Positions 19,439 to 28,513 of a DNA stretch of 64,000 bases are shown here, piece after piece. The stretch's first letter is position 1. Each line of letters starts with the position of its first letter. The stretch is taken from NCBI GenBank assembly GCA_942491735.1, contig CALOCN010000001.1, positions 1,030,071 through 1,094,070 of the forward strand, read 5' to 3'. The position numbers and the translations under genes are program-made. This stretch comes from Candidatus Eiseniibacteriota bacterium (lineage in GTDB: Bacteria; Eisenbacteria; RBG-16-71-46; JABDJR01). Below the pieces are notes generated by a model that ran no database searches, was not told the DNA's origin, and saw nothing but the letters and a program-made list of their open reading frames with translations.

Positions 19439-20403
19439 CGGTGCGGTTCGGTTGGGGACTCGCCCAAGCCGAGCCCCTGCTGGAGCGGGCGCCCAGCCTG
19501 TTCCAGACGCCCCGTTGGCTGCACGCGTTGGCCGGCGCCTATCCCCGGTTTCGGCTCGGGGCGTTCCGGGTGGAACGGGATGGGGTGGTGACAGCGGTGC
19601 TCCCGGTGGCCCGGGCCAGGCCCTCGGGCCTGCACGAGTGGGTCTCGCTTCCCTTCGGCACCGACGGGGGGCCGGTGTTCCGGGAGACTCCCGATCCCGA
19701 GGCAGCTACGCAGCTGTTCCGGGCCTTTCGCGACCGGGTGGGGGGACTGCGGGTGGCCCGGTACGAGATGGTCATCCCCCAACCGGGTGAAACGGTGGCG
19801 CGTGCGTTTCGCGACGTGTTCTCCACCCGGGTGCGCGAGGACCGGGTGCGGGTGTTGGAATTGACCGAGGGACCCCGGGCGATCTGGGATGGCTACGCCG
19901 GTACCATGCGCACCCGGATCCGCCGTGCCCGGGAACTCGGGGTCCGGGTGGAGTCCATGCCGGCCTCGGCCCAGGCCCTGGCCCGGTTCTATCCCCCTTA
20001 CGAACGCCTCAGCCACGCATGGGATCTGTCCTGGCGTCACGACCGGGAGACCCTGGAGGCCTTGACCGCCGGTCTCGGGGATGGGGCGCGGATCTGGGTG
20101 GGATCGGTGGAGGGCCGGGTGGTCACCACCGAACTCATGCTCTACGACCGGGGCACCACCGCGCACACCTGGCTCTGCGGCGCGGTTCCCGAGTCCCGGG
20201 ATGTCTTTGCCCGCCATCTGTTGTTGCACACGGTGATCGAGAACGCCGCGCGGGAGGGCTACCGGCGGATGGTCTTCGGGGCCAGCGGGGGGAGCGACGG
20301 GGTGGACGGGTTCAAGCGCGGGTTCGGGGGCTCTCCGCGCCCCGTGCTGCGGGCCTTCCATCAGGCCCGTTGGGTCGATTGGGTGCAGCGGGCCCGATGG
20401 TGA
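19435..20403 (+). CDS. FemAB-like / BioF2-like GNAT-fold transferase (second copy)
   Basis: GTG at 19435 overlapping flippase stop (GTGA); C-terminal half resembles gene 15334-16311 (TWLCGAVPESR vs AWVSGAVPEAR; FGASGGSDG vs FGGSGRKEK). Confidence 0.55.
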   Translation: MTVRFGWGLAQAEPLLERAPSLFQTPRWLHALAGAYPRFRLGAFRVERDGVVTAVLPVARARPSGLHEWVSLPFGTDGGPVFRETPDPEAATQLFRAFRDRVGGLRVARYEMVIPQPGETVARAFRDVFSTRVREDRVRVLELTEGPRAIWDGYAGTMRTRIRRARELGVRVESMPASAQALARFYPPYERLSHAWDLSWRHDRETLEALTAGLGDGARIWVGSVEGRVVTTELMLYDRGTTAHTWLCGAVPESRDVFARHLLLHTVIENAAREGYRRMVFGASGGSDGVDGFKRGFGGSPRPVLRAFHQARWVDWVQRARW

Positions 20404-20435
20404 TACACTTTTTCGGATTTTGCCCCGGGAGACCC

Positions 20436-21464
20436 ATGAACAGACACCACATCCTCCGCCGTCCGACCGCGATCCACGCGCTGAGCCTTCTCGTTCTTGT
20501 CGCCTTCGGCTGCTCGGGAGAGCCGGGCCAGAGCGGGGAACTTGGTCCCGGGGCCTATGTCGACGAGCACGTGCCCCCGACGGTGCGTACCTCCCTCGAG
20601 GAAGCGGCAGGCAAGTTCTATGCCTCCATCCGCTCCGGGAACCCGGAGATGGTTCTCGCCCAGGTTGCCCTGGCTGCGCGCAGTCAGATCACCGCCGACC
20701 AGTTCCTCGAGTCCGTGCAACGCATCGCCGGAACCTTCGGGATGCCGGAGGACATGTCCACGGACTCGGTGGTCCTGGTGAAGTTCGGCCCGGGCTACCC
20801 GCACGCGGCCCGGGTGCGGGCCCCGGTCGAGGGGATGGACGACGACGCGGAGCTGTTGCTGACCCCGCATCCGGAGCAGGCCTCGCTGGTCCAGATCGGG
20901 CGGGTGGGCGAGGAGCGGGCCTATTTCTCGACCCTGTGGTTCAAGGAGGAAGCCGGGTGGCGGGTCGCCGCCTTCTTTGCCAAGCCGGCCACCATGGTGG
21001 GGCGCGACTGGCGCGACTACTCCGAGGAAGCGGCGTCCCAGCGACTGGCCAAGAACAACCGCAACGCGGCGATTCTCTACAACCTCGCCATCGATCTCAC
21101 CGTTCCGGCGGCGTGGATCAAACCGGCCGGGGTGGCCGAGCTGCAACGCGCGCAGAAGCGCATCATGGTCACCCAGCTTCCCACCGGAAAGCCGGAGGTC
21201 TGGGGGGCCGCACCCGACACCTTCTCCGTGGCCCGGGTCGGCTATGGCTGGGTTCCCGAGGGCCTGACCGTCTACGTGCAGTACCAGGCGACCGGCACCG
21301 ACAGCCTGTCCGAGGCTCCGCACAGCGAGCGGCTCAGGGACTATGTCGTGGAGACCTTCCCGGAGTACCGTGAAGTGTTCACCGGCATGTCCGCGGTGGG
21401 CTATCGCCCGGGGGAATCCACCCCGGTCCTGTCCCGCAACTTCTTCTGGAAGGACGGGTCGTGA
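20436..21464 (+). CDS. hypothetical lipoprotein
   Basis: ATG 20436; signal peptide with lipobox LVAFGC; preceded by an AT-rich stretch (tgatacactttttcggattttg); no recognisable domain. Confidence 0.55.
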   Translation: MNRHHILRRPTAIHALSLLVLVAFGCSGEPGQSGELGPGAYVDEHVPPTVRTSLEEAAGKFYASIRSGNPEMVLAQVALAARSQITADQFLESVQRIAGTFGMPEDMSTDSVVLVKFGPGYPHAARVRAPVEGMDDDAELLLTPHPEQASLVQIGRVGEERAYFSTLWFKEEAGWRVAAFFAKPATMVGRDWRDYSEEAASQRLAKNNRNAAILYNLAIDLTVPAAWIKPAGVAELQRAQKRIMVTQLPTGKPEVWGAAPDTFSVARVGYGWVPEGLTVYVQYQATGTDSLSEAPHSERLRDYVVETFPEYREVFTGMSAVGYRPGESTPVLSRNFFWKDGS

Positions 21465-22606
21465 CCGGGGAGGCCTCGGCCGAGCCCCGCAAGTTGACTC
21501 TGGCGTACCTCTCGATCGGCCGACACATCCACACCGAGCGGTGGCTGACCTGGTTCGCCCGGCAGGGGCACGACGTGCATCTGCTCACCGTGCAGCCGGG
21601 GCCCATGCCGGGAGTGACCGTCCACGACATCACCACCCCGTTCGGGCCCAAGCCGCTGCGCTACGCGCTCAGCCTGGCCAAGGTGAAACGCATCCTCACC
21701 GGTCTGGACCCGGATCTGCTCCACACCCATTTCCTGACCGGTTATGGATACTGGGGCGTGTTCAGCGGACGGCGTCCGTTCATGCTCACCGTCTGGGGGG
21801 ACGACGTCTACGTGACCCCGTTCGAGAGCGGGATGAAGAATCGCCTCGCCCGCAAGGCCCTCCGCGAGGCGGACTACGTGACCGGGGACTCGGTCGACAT
21901 CATTGATGCCTGCATCGAACTGGGTTCCGACCCGGCCCTGAGCGAGGTCGTGCAGTGGGGGGTGGACTTCACCCGGTTTACCCATGAGGTGGACGGCTCC
22001 GCAGTACGACAGAAGCTGGGCATCCCGGTCGATGCCCCGGTGGTGCTCTCCACCCGTTCGTTCACCCAGGCGTACTACAACATCGACCTCGTAGTGGACA
22101 CCGCGCCCAGGGTGCGGGAGCGCATCCCCGGGGTGCACTACATCATCGCCGGGAACGAGGGGGACGACACCGCGTTTCGCGCCCATGCCGCCTCGGTCGG
22201 GCTCACCGACCGGGTGCACTGGGTGGGACGCATTCCCCACGGGGAACTTCCCGCGTACCTCACCGCGAGCGATGTCTTTCTCACCATCCCCTCGGTGGAC
22301 GCGACCGCGGTCAGCCTGCTCGAGGCCATGGCCTGTCGCTGCGCCATCGTGGCCACCGATCTCCCCTCCGCGGCCGAGTGGGTGCTGAACGGGGAGACCG
22401 GTCTTACCGTGACCCCGCGCGACGCGGAGGGTCTGGTCACCGCCATCTGCCGCTTCCTCGAGGATCCGGTCCTTGGAGAGAAGGTGGGCGTCGCGGCCCA
22501 GACCCTGGTCCGGGGCAAGGCGGACCATGACCGCAACATGGCCCGGGTCGAAACCATCTACTACGACCTCGTGGCCGGGCGCAAACCGGTTCCGCCCACC
22601 GGGTGA
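21461..22606 (+). CDS. glycosyltransferase family 4
   Basis: GTG start overlapping upstream stop; C-terminal GT-B region LLEAMACRCAIVATDLPSAAEWVLNGETG. Confidence 0.8.
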   Translation: MTGEASAEPRKLTLAYLSIGRHIHTERWLTWFARQGHDVHLLTVQPGPMPGVTVHDITTPFGPKPLRYALSLAKVKRILTGLDPDLLHTHFLTGYGYWGVFSGRRPFMLTVWGDDVYVTPFESGMKNRLARKALREADYVTGDSVDIIDACIELGSDPALSEVVQWGVDFTRFTHEVDGSAVRQKLGIPVDAPVVLSTRSFTQAYYNIDLVVDTAPRVRERIPGVHYIIAGNEGDDTAFRAHAASVGLTDRVHWVGRIPHGELPAYLTASDVFLTIPSVDATAVSLLEAMACRCAIVATDLPSAAEWVLNGETGLTVTPRDAEGLVTAICRFLEDPVLGEKVGVAAQTLVRGKADHDRNMARVETIYYDLVAGRKPVPPTG

Positions 22607-23547
22607 CCATGCGGATCTCGGTCGTCACCCCCACCTACAACAAGCCGGACCTGCTCGCCCGGACCCTGACCGCGCTGGAAGCCCAGGACCTGGAGCCCAC
22701 CACGTTCGATGTGGTGGTCGTCGACGATGGATCGGACAACGTCCGGACGGCGGAGTTGTTGGCGACCCATCGACCCCGCCACGGATTCACCGTGGTGCGG
22801 GTGGAGGAGAACCGGGGACGCGCCGCGGCGCGCAATCGCGGGTTGGAACGGGCCGAGGGGGAGTTGGTCGTCTTTCTCGACGACGACATGGAACTGGTGC
22901 CGGGATTCCTGGGCGCCCACGCCGACCTGCACCGGCGGATGAACAAGGTGGCCGGAGTGGGGGATGTGCAGAACCATCCCGAGATCACCATGGCCCCCAT
23001 TGATCGCTACATGTCGACCCGGGGGGCGCAGAAGATACGGGACCGGGGGGCGCTCCCCTGGAAGTACTTCAGCACCAACAACTCCTCGGTGCGTCGTGAC
23101 GACCTGGTCGCGGTGGGCGGGTTCGACGAGAATTTCCGCTACTACGGGTTCGAGGACCTCGAGCTGGCCTATCGTCTGGAGCAGAAGCGGGAGGTCACCC
23201 TGCGCTTCGTGGAGGGGGCGAAGTCGCTCCACATCCACCCCCACACCCTGGACGAGGTGCTCGACAAGAAGACCCTGTGCGGGCGGTCCTCCTTGCCCTA
23301 CCTCTTCGACAAGCATCCCGAGACCCGGGCCGCGCTGGGGTACACACGCTTCGATCCGCCTCGGGCGGGGGACCCCCTGGGATTGAACCTGCAACGACTG
23401 TTCCTGCGCATCCTGCTCACCCGGCCCGTCTACACCCTGGTGAAGCCTCTGGCCCTGCTTCCCCTGGGCGCACTCACCAACCGGGCCATCGACTTCCTGG
23501 TGCAGTACCACTATCTGGAAGGACTGCGCGCCCCGCGCCTGCCATGA
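22603..23547 (+). CDS. glycosyltransferase family 2
   Basis: ISVVTPTYNKPDLL and VVDDGSDN motifs, DxD-like FLDDDME; start GTG 22603 or ATG 22609. Confidence 0.8.
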   Translation: MTMRISVVTPTYNKPDLLARTLTALEAQDLEPTTFDVVVVDDGSDNVRTAELLATHRPRHGFTVVRVEENRGRAAARNRGLERAEGELVVFLDDDMELVPGFLGAHADLHRRMNKVAGVGDVQNHPEITMAPIDRYMSTRGAQKIRDRGALPWKYFSTNNSSVRRDDLVAVGGFDENFRYYGFEDLELAYRLEQKREVTLRFVEGAKSLHIHPHTLDEVLDKKTLCGRSSLPYLFDKHPETRAALGYTRFDPPRAGDPLGLNLQRLFLRILLTRPVYTLVKPLALLPLGALTNRAIDFLVQYHYLEGLRAPRLP

Positions 23548-24401
23548 AAACAGCCGAACGTGCCGAAGCCACCCTCGTGCGTCTCACCGCCGTATTTCCC
23601 CGGCCCGAATGCGCGTTGATCCACCGCAACGCGTTCGAGCTGCTCATCGCCACCATCCTCAGCGCCCAGTGCACGGACGAGCGGGTGAACATGACCACGC
23701 CGGCCCTGTTCAAGCGCTTTCCGACCCCCAAACGCATGGCTGCCGCGTCCACCCCCGAGGTCGAGGAGCTGATCCGCTCCACCGGGTTCTACCGCAACAA
23801 GACCAAGTCGATCATCGGGGCCGCGCACCGCATCACCGAGGAGTTCGGCGGCAAGGTGCCGGCGACCATGGACGAGCTGCTCAGCCTGCCCGGGGTGGCC
23901 CGCAAGACCGCGAACGTGGTGCTGGGAAATGCGTTCGGGATCAACGTGGGCGTGGTGGTGGACACCCACGTGCAGCGGCTTTCGAGGCTGATCGGGCTCA
24001 CCCGTCAGACGACCCCGGAGAAGATCGAACAGGATCTGATGAAGCGGTTTCCCCGGGAGGAGTGGACCCACCTCAGCCACCGGTTGATCCTTCATGGGCG
24101 GGCCACCTGTATCGCCCGGCGTCCCCGCTGCGCCGAGTGCGTGCTGGGCCCGGACGTCTGCCGTTCCTGGGATCCGGTGCCGGAGCACTGGAAAGGAAAG
24201 GCGGCCCGGGCCACGGCGAAGAAGAAGGCGGCGGGGAAGACGAAGGCGAGTCCCGCCAAGGCGAAACCCGCACGCAAGACACAGGCAACCCCGAAGACAA
24301 AGCCTACTCCGAAGGCAAAGCCTGCACGGAAGGCGCAACCTGCCCCGAAGGCGCAACCTGCCCCGAAGGCCAAGCTCGCCCGCAAGACCCGGCGGTCCTA
24401 G
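23544..24401 (+). CDS. nth: endonuclease III (DNA glycosylase/AP lyase) with C-terminal Lys/Ala/Pro-rich tail
   Basis: Internal ATG 23544 (ATGA overlap); HhH-GPD region LPGVARKTANVVL; 4Fe-4S loop CIARRPRCAECVLGPDVC; last ~70 aa are KAKP/AQPAPK repeats. Confidence 0.85.
   Translation: MKTAERAEATLVRLTAVFPRPECALIHRNAFELLIATILSAQCTDERVNMTTPALFKRFPTPKRMAAASTPEVEELIRSTGFYRNKTKSIIGAAHRITEEFGGKVPATMDELLSLPGVARKTANVVLGNAFGINVGVVVDTHVQRLSRLIGLTRQTTPEKIEQDLMKRFPREEWTHLSHRLILHGRATCIARRPRCAECVLGPDVCRSWDPVPEHWKGKAARATAKKKAAGKTKASPAKAKPARKTQATPKTKPTPKAKPARKAQPAPKAQPAPKAKLARKTRRS
24331..24366 (+). repeat. perfect 18-bp tandem repeat (2 copies) inside nth tail
   Basis: aaggcgcaacctgccccg x2, encoding KAQPAP KAQPAP. 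Confidence 0.8.
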
Positions 24402-25306
24402 GGAGCGGCGATCGTCTGTAGCCCCGTCGGGTCCAGGCGAACGGTCAACCGGCGAATCTCCATGTCGATGAACTCGCCGTCCACGTAGCCGGGGATTCCT
24501 TGCGGTGCCTCCACCGTGAACGCGGCGGCGCGGGCGCTGTCCACCCGGGTGGACTCGGTGTGGCTCCCCTTGAGGGTGCGCGGGAGCAGGGCCAGCATCT
24601 GCCACCAGCGCAGCCGCTCGGCGGTCATGAGATCCAGCAGGCCGTCGGCCGGATCCGCGTGCGGGGCGAGCAGGAACGCACCCCCCACCCGGCGCCCATT
24701 GAGAAAGCTGACCATCGCCATCGCGTCATCCAGGGCGCCCTCCTCCCAGGTCACCCGGGCCGGATAGCAGCGGAAGTGTCGCAGGGTGCGCACCAGGGCC
24801 ACTACGTAGAGGAGCGGCCCCTTGATCGCGGTGATCCGGTGACTCTCGTAGTTCACCACCGCCTCGAACCCGAGTCCCACGCTGTTGTGAAATCGGCCGG
24901 ACTCGGTTCGCCCATCGGCCATTTCGGCGTTCCACAGACCCAGGTCAATGCGCTTGCGCAGCCCGCGGCTGAGCCGATCCACGATTGCCGTGGGGTCCGT
25001 GGGCCAGTCGTGCAGCCACGCGAAGTCGTTGCCGGTCCCCCAGGGGACCACCGCCAGGGCATGTCGGGAAGGATCGAGGCCCTGCAGGACCTCGTGCAGG
25101 GTCCCGTCCCCGCCCACCGCGACCACCACGTCCGTCTCGTCGCCGTGGGCCCGTACGAGGTCGGGAGCGTGGCCGGGGTGCTCGGTGAGGACGAGCCGGG
25201 TGGGGTGCCCCCGCCCTTCCAGCAGGGCGGCCAGGGCGCGGGGATCGCGATCCGCCCGTCCACGACCGGCGTGAGGGTTGGCGACGAGCAGGAAGCGGCT
25301 TGCCAT
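24398..25306 (-). CDS. diacylglycerol kinase-family lipid kinase (YegS/DagK-like)
   Basis: Internal ATG at 25306 (residue 49 of track ORF); GGDGT motif (VVAVGGDGTLHEV); convergent 4-bp overlap with nth. Confidence 0.8.
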   Translation of the reverse strand: MASRFLLVANPHAGRGRADRDPRALAALLEGRGHPTRLVLTEHPGHAPDLVRAHGDETDVVVAVGGDGTLHEVLQGLDPSRHALAVVPWGTGNDFAWLHDWPTDPTAIVDRLSRGLRKRIDLGLWNAEMADGRTESGRFHNSVGLGFEAVVNYESHRITAIKGPLLYVVALVRTLRHFRCYPARVTWEEGALDDAMAMVSFLNGRRVGGAFLLAPHADPADGLLDLMTAERLRWWQMLALLPRTLKGSHTESTRVDSARAAAFTVEAPQGIPGYVDGEFIDMEIRRLTVRLDPTGLQTIAAP

Positions 25307-25382
25307 ACGCAACAGCGTAGTGCAGCCTCTGGGGAACGTCGAGCGGATCACGCGCCGGGATTCGCGTGCGAAGGAGGTTTTC

Positions 25383-26021
25383 ATGTACAGACGCGTCGCG
25401 CCGTTCCTGTTGGCTGCCTTCCTGATCCCGTCCAGTGGGTCGGCGATCACCCTGGATCAGATCGACACCTTCGAGGACGGTACGGTCCAGGGCTGGGTCG
25501 AGGGCAGCACGAGCCCCAACATGCCGACCAACGTGGCTACGGACGGCCCGGCGGGTGCCGGGGACCACTACCTGTCGAACCAGTCTTCCGGGATCTTCGG
25601 CCCCGGCGGCAAGCTGGTCATGTTCAACGCGACGCAATGGGCCGGCGACTATGTCGCGGCCGGGGTGGAGCGCATCTCCCTGGACGTGCGGAACACCGGA
25701 AACGCGGACGTCCAGCTTCGAATCGGGGTCGAGGGTTTGAACACCCGCTTCGTGAGCACGACGGCGCATCCTGTCAGTCCCAGCGCCGAGTGGCAGAACG
25801 TGGTCTTTGATCTCAGCGAAATGTCCCTGGTGGGAGGCGCGGCCTCGCTACTGGAGGTGCTGGGCGCGGTCGATCGCATCCGGATTCTCTCCGCGAACAC
25901 CGTGGTCTGGCAGGGGGATCAGATCGTCGGCTGGCTCTGTGTCGACAACATCCACGCCCTGGACGACGGGGTTCCGGTGGAGCCCACCACCTGGGGACAG
26001 GTGAAGGACCTCTACCGCTAG
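25383..26021 (+). CDS. secreted hypothetical protein
   Basis: Internal ATG 25383 with GAAGGAGG 7 nt upstream; signal peptide MYRRVAPFLLAAFLIPSSGSA; no recognisable catalytic motif. Confidence 0.55.
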   Translation: MYRRVAPFLLAAFLIPSSGSAITLDQIDTFEDGTVQGWVEGSTSPNMPTNVATDGPAGAGDHYLSNQSSGIFGPGGKLVMFNATQWAGDYVAAGVERISLDVRNTGNADVQLRIGVEGLNTRFVSTTAHPVSPSAEWQNVVFDLSEMSLVGGAASLLEVLGAVDRIRILSANTVVWQGDQIVGWLCVDNIHALDDGVPVEPTTWGQVKDLYR

Positions 26022-26060
26022 TCGCAGTTCTTCGCCGAGCTGGCCTTCGCCGATCTGGCC

Positions 26061-27740
26061 TCAGCCGAGCTGGGTTGCCATGAACTCGGCAACCTGATCG
26101 GCCCCCTCGCGGGCCTTGGCCACCAGGGTTTCCGCCTTGGAACGGGTGGAGTCGAGCCACGCGTCGTCCCCCTGGATGCCTCCCAGGTTGATGAGCACGT
26201 TGTAGTAGGCCCCTTCCGCGCAGGCGCGGGCGGCCAGCGCGGCAACGCCGGCATCGCTGACCGAGTTCGGGTTACCGTGCTGCACGCAGGTCAGGGCCAA
26301 CCCGAAGATCGGTACGGTGCGCTCGAGCACCCGCAGGGGAACCCGGGTTGCGCCCCGGTTGGCCTCCATGAGCGCCTGGTTCTTGGCGTTCATTTCCTCT
26401 TCCGTGGTGGCGCGGGTGCGGATGGCGTCCATGACCTTGTTGAAGGCGGCCGTATCCTCGTCGACCGCGCGCAGGAGCTGGTCCTTGATGTCCTGGGCAT
26501 CCTCGGCGATGTCCGCCATGCGTTCCCAGTGCTCCTCGTGCCCCGCCCGGCCCAGGGTCAGGTTGGCCACCATGCTGGTCAGGGCCGCTCCCAGCGCGCC
26601 GCACAACGCGGCCACGCTGCCGCCGCCGGGAGCCGGGGCGTCGGTGGAGAGTTCGTCGGCGAACTCGGCCAGGGTCCGGGACGCCAGCCGGTTGGCTCCG
26701 GAGTCGCGGGCGAGGCGGAACTCGATGATCTTCTCGTCCGGGTCGAACGCGGCGATCTCCCTTAGGCCCAGGGACTGGATCGCGGTCTCGACGACCTGAC
26801 GCACCGGGATACCGGTCGACTTGCCTTGCCGCTTGAGATAGTGCTTTCCCGCCTCCAGCATCGGCTCCAGGGGAATGAGCCCCACCAGCTCCGATCCGGT
26901 GACCCGCAGCCCCCGCTTGCGCGCTTCCTCCTCGATGACATCGAAGGCGGTGTGGGGCGGGGTGATCTTGGTGTTGACGAGGTTGATGGAGACCTGGGCC
27001 CGGTCGTACTCCTCGATGAACCAGCCCACGCCCTTGAAGGCCTTCAGCCGGCCGGGGACCTTCACCGCGGTGCCGTCCGGGTGGCGGATGATCTCGCCGT
27101 GGGCGTCCCGCTTGGCGCGCCCCGCCTCGCGCACGTCCAGGGCGATGTCCTGGGCCAGGCGGCGGTCGCGGGTGTTGAGATTCACGTTGTAGGCGATGAG
27201 GAACTCCCGCGCGCCAATGGCCGTTGCTCCCGACTTGGCGTTGTGTACGGGCGGGCCGAAGTCCGGGGCCCACTGCGGGTTCGTCACCTTGGCCGGCAGC
27301 CCCTCGTACTCGCCCTGGCGTACGTCGGCCAGGTTCTGCCGCTCCGGCCTGGACGCCGCTTCCTCGTAGAGATAGACCGGGATCCCCAGCTCGTCACCGA
27401 CCCGCTTGCCCAGACGCCGGGCCAGCTCCGCGCACTCGGCCATGGTGATGTCCGACACCGGGACAAAGGGACAGACATCGGTGGCGCCCATGCGGGCGTG
27501 CGCTCCGGTGTGCTGGCGCATGTCGATGAGCGTCGCGGCGGTTCGGATCCCGTTGAACGCCGCCTCCAGGACTGCCTCGGGCTCACCGACGAAGGTCACC
27601 ACGGTCCGGTTGGTGGCCTGCCCCGGATCGACGTCCAGGAGCGTGGCTCCCTCGGTGTCGCCGATGGCGGCGGTGATCTGATCGATGACGGCCTTGTTGC
27701 GACCTTCGGAGAAGTTGGGGACGCACTCGACGATGGGCAT
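26061..27740 (-). CDS. ftcD: bifunctional glutamate formimidoyltransferase-cyclodeaminase
   Basis: Internal ATG at 27740; N-terminus MPIVECVPNFSEGRNKAVID and C-terminal PGGGSVAA / YYNVLINLGG closely resemble FTCD transferase and cyclodeaminase domains. Confidence 0.85.
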   Translation of the reverse strand: MPIVECVPNFSEGRNKAVIDQITAAIGDTEGATLLDVDPGQATNRTVVTFVGEPEAVLEAAFNGIRTAATLIDMRQHTGAHARMGATDVCPFVPVSDITMAECAELARRLGKRVGDELGIPVYLYEEAASRPERQNLADVRQGEYEGLPAKVTNPQWAPDFGPPVHNAKSGATAIGAREFLIAYNVNLNTRDRRLAQDIALDVREAGRAKRDAHGEIIRHPDGTAVKVPGRLKAFKGVGWFIEEYDRAQVSINLVNTKITPPHTAFDVIEEEARKRGLRVTGSELVGLIPLEPMLEAGKHYLKRQGKSTGIPVRQVVETAIQSLGLREIAAFDPDEKIIEFRLARDSGANRLASRTLAEFADELSTDAPAPGGGSVAALCGALGAALTSMVANLTLGRAGHEEHWERMADIAEDAQDIKDQLLRAVDEDTAAFNKVMDAIRTRATTEEEMNAKNQALMEANRGATRVPLRVLERTVPIFGLALTCVQHGNPNSVSDAGVAALAARACAEGAYYNVLINLGGIQGDDAWLDSTRSKAETLVAKAREGADQVAEFMATQLG

Positions 27741-27810
27741 GCGGGCTCCTGTGGGACATGGGCGAAAGGGGAAAGAGGCAACGAGTCTAGGGAGCGGGGG
27801 AGACGGGGTC

Positions 27811-28385
27811 AAGCACGCGCCCCGAGCATCAGCGACCACCCCAAGCGAAGGCCCCGCAGACCACCCGGGAGGGGCGCGAGGGGGTTCCGACGACGAAAGC
27901 CTGCGCGTGGAATGGGTCGGCCGGCGCCCCAGGCTACACGCTGCGAGAAGCAACGAGCGCAGCCGGCCGGGGCCCCATTTCGCGCGCAGTAGCGAGTGGA
28001 GACCGTCCAGTGGACGGTCTCCGCGAGCGACTGAGGAGGAGGAACCCCCTCGTGGCCCGGACGGTGGGAAGCGCGCGCCCCGGGCGGGTGGGAAGCAAGC
28101 GCCCCGGGCGGGTGGAAGCACGCGCCCCGAGCATCAGCGACCTCCCCAAGCGAAGGCCCCGCAGACCACCCGGGAGGGGCGCGAGGGGGTTCCGACGACG
28201 AAAGCCTGCGCGTGGAATGGGTCGGCCGGCGCCCCAGGCTACACGCTGCGAGAAGCAACGAACGCAGCCGGCCGGGGCCCCATTTCGCGCGCAGTAGCGA
28301 GTGGGGACCGTCCAGTGGACGGTCTCCGCGAGCGACTGAGGAGGAGGAACCCCCTCGTGGCCCGGACGGGTGGGAAGCGCGCGCG
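27811..28385. repeat. tandem direct repeat: two copies of a ~305-bp unit, each carrying an 11-bp-stem hairpin
   Basis: Copy 1 27811-28115, copy 2 28116-~28385; 3 substitutions over ~270 aligned bp by eye; hairpins GGAGACCGTCC-AGT-GGACGGTCTCC at 27998-28022 and 28303-28327 (copy 2 has A to G giving a G-U wobble); junction is 2.5 copies of a ~25-bp GGGAAGC..GCGCCCCGGGCGGGTG motif. Confidence 0.85.
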
Positions 28386-28513
28386 TCAGGCGGGTGCGAA
28401 GCGCCGCCTCCCGGATGGTGTGGAGGGCCCCTTGCCCGGTGGGATGGGCGCGGATTGCGAAACTGCTAGACTGCGAATGCCCCCCGTCACTCGACCCCGC
28501 CGCGGAGGACGCC

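Noticed and set aside
28010-28297. 95-aa Arg-rich ORF spanning the tandem repeats
   Set aside because: Extremely Arg/Pro-rich, crosses the repeat junction and hairpins, no start context; treated as non-coding
27811-28385. Tandem repeat region considered as CRISPR array or IS element
   Set aside because: Only two ~305-bp copies with no short spacer periodicity, no cas genes, no transposase or terminal inverted repeats
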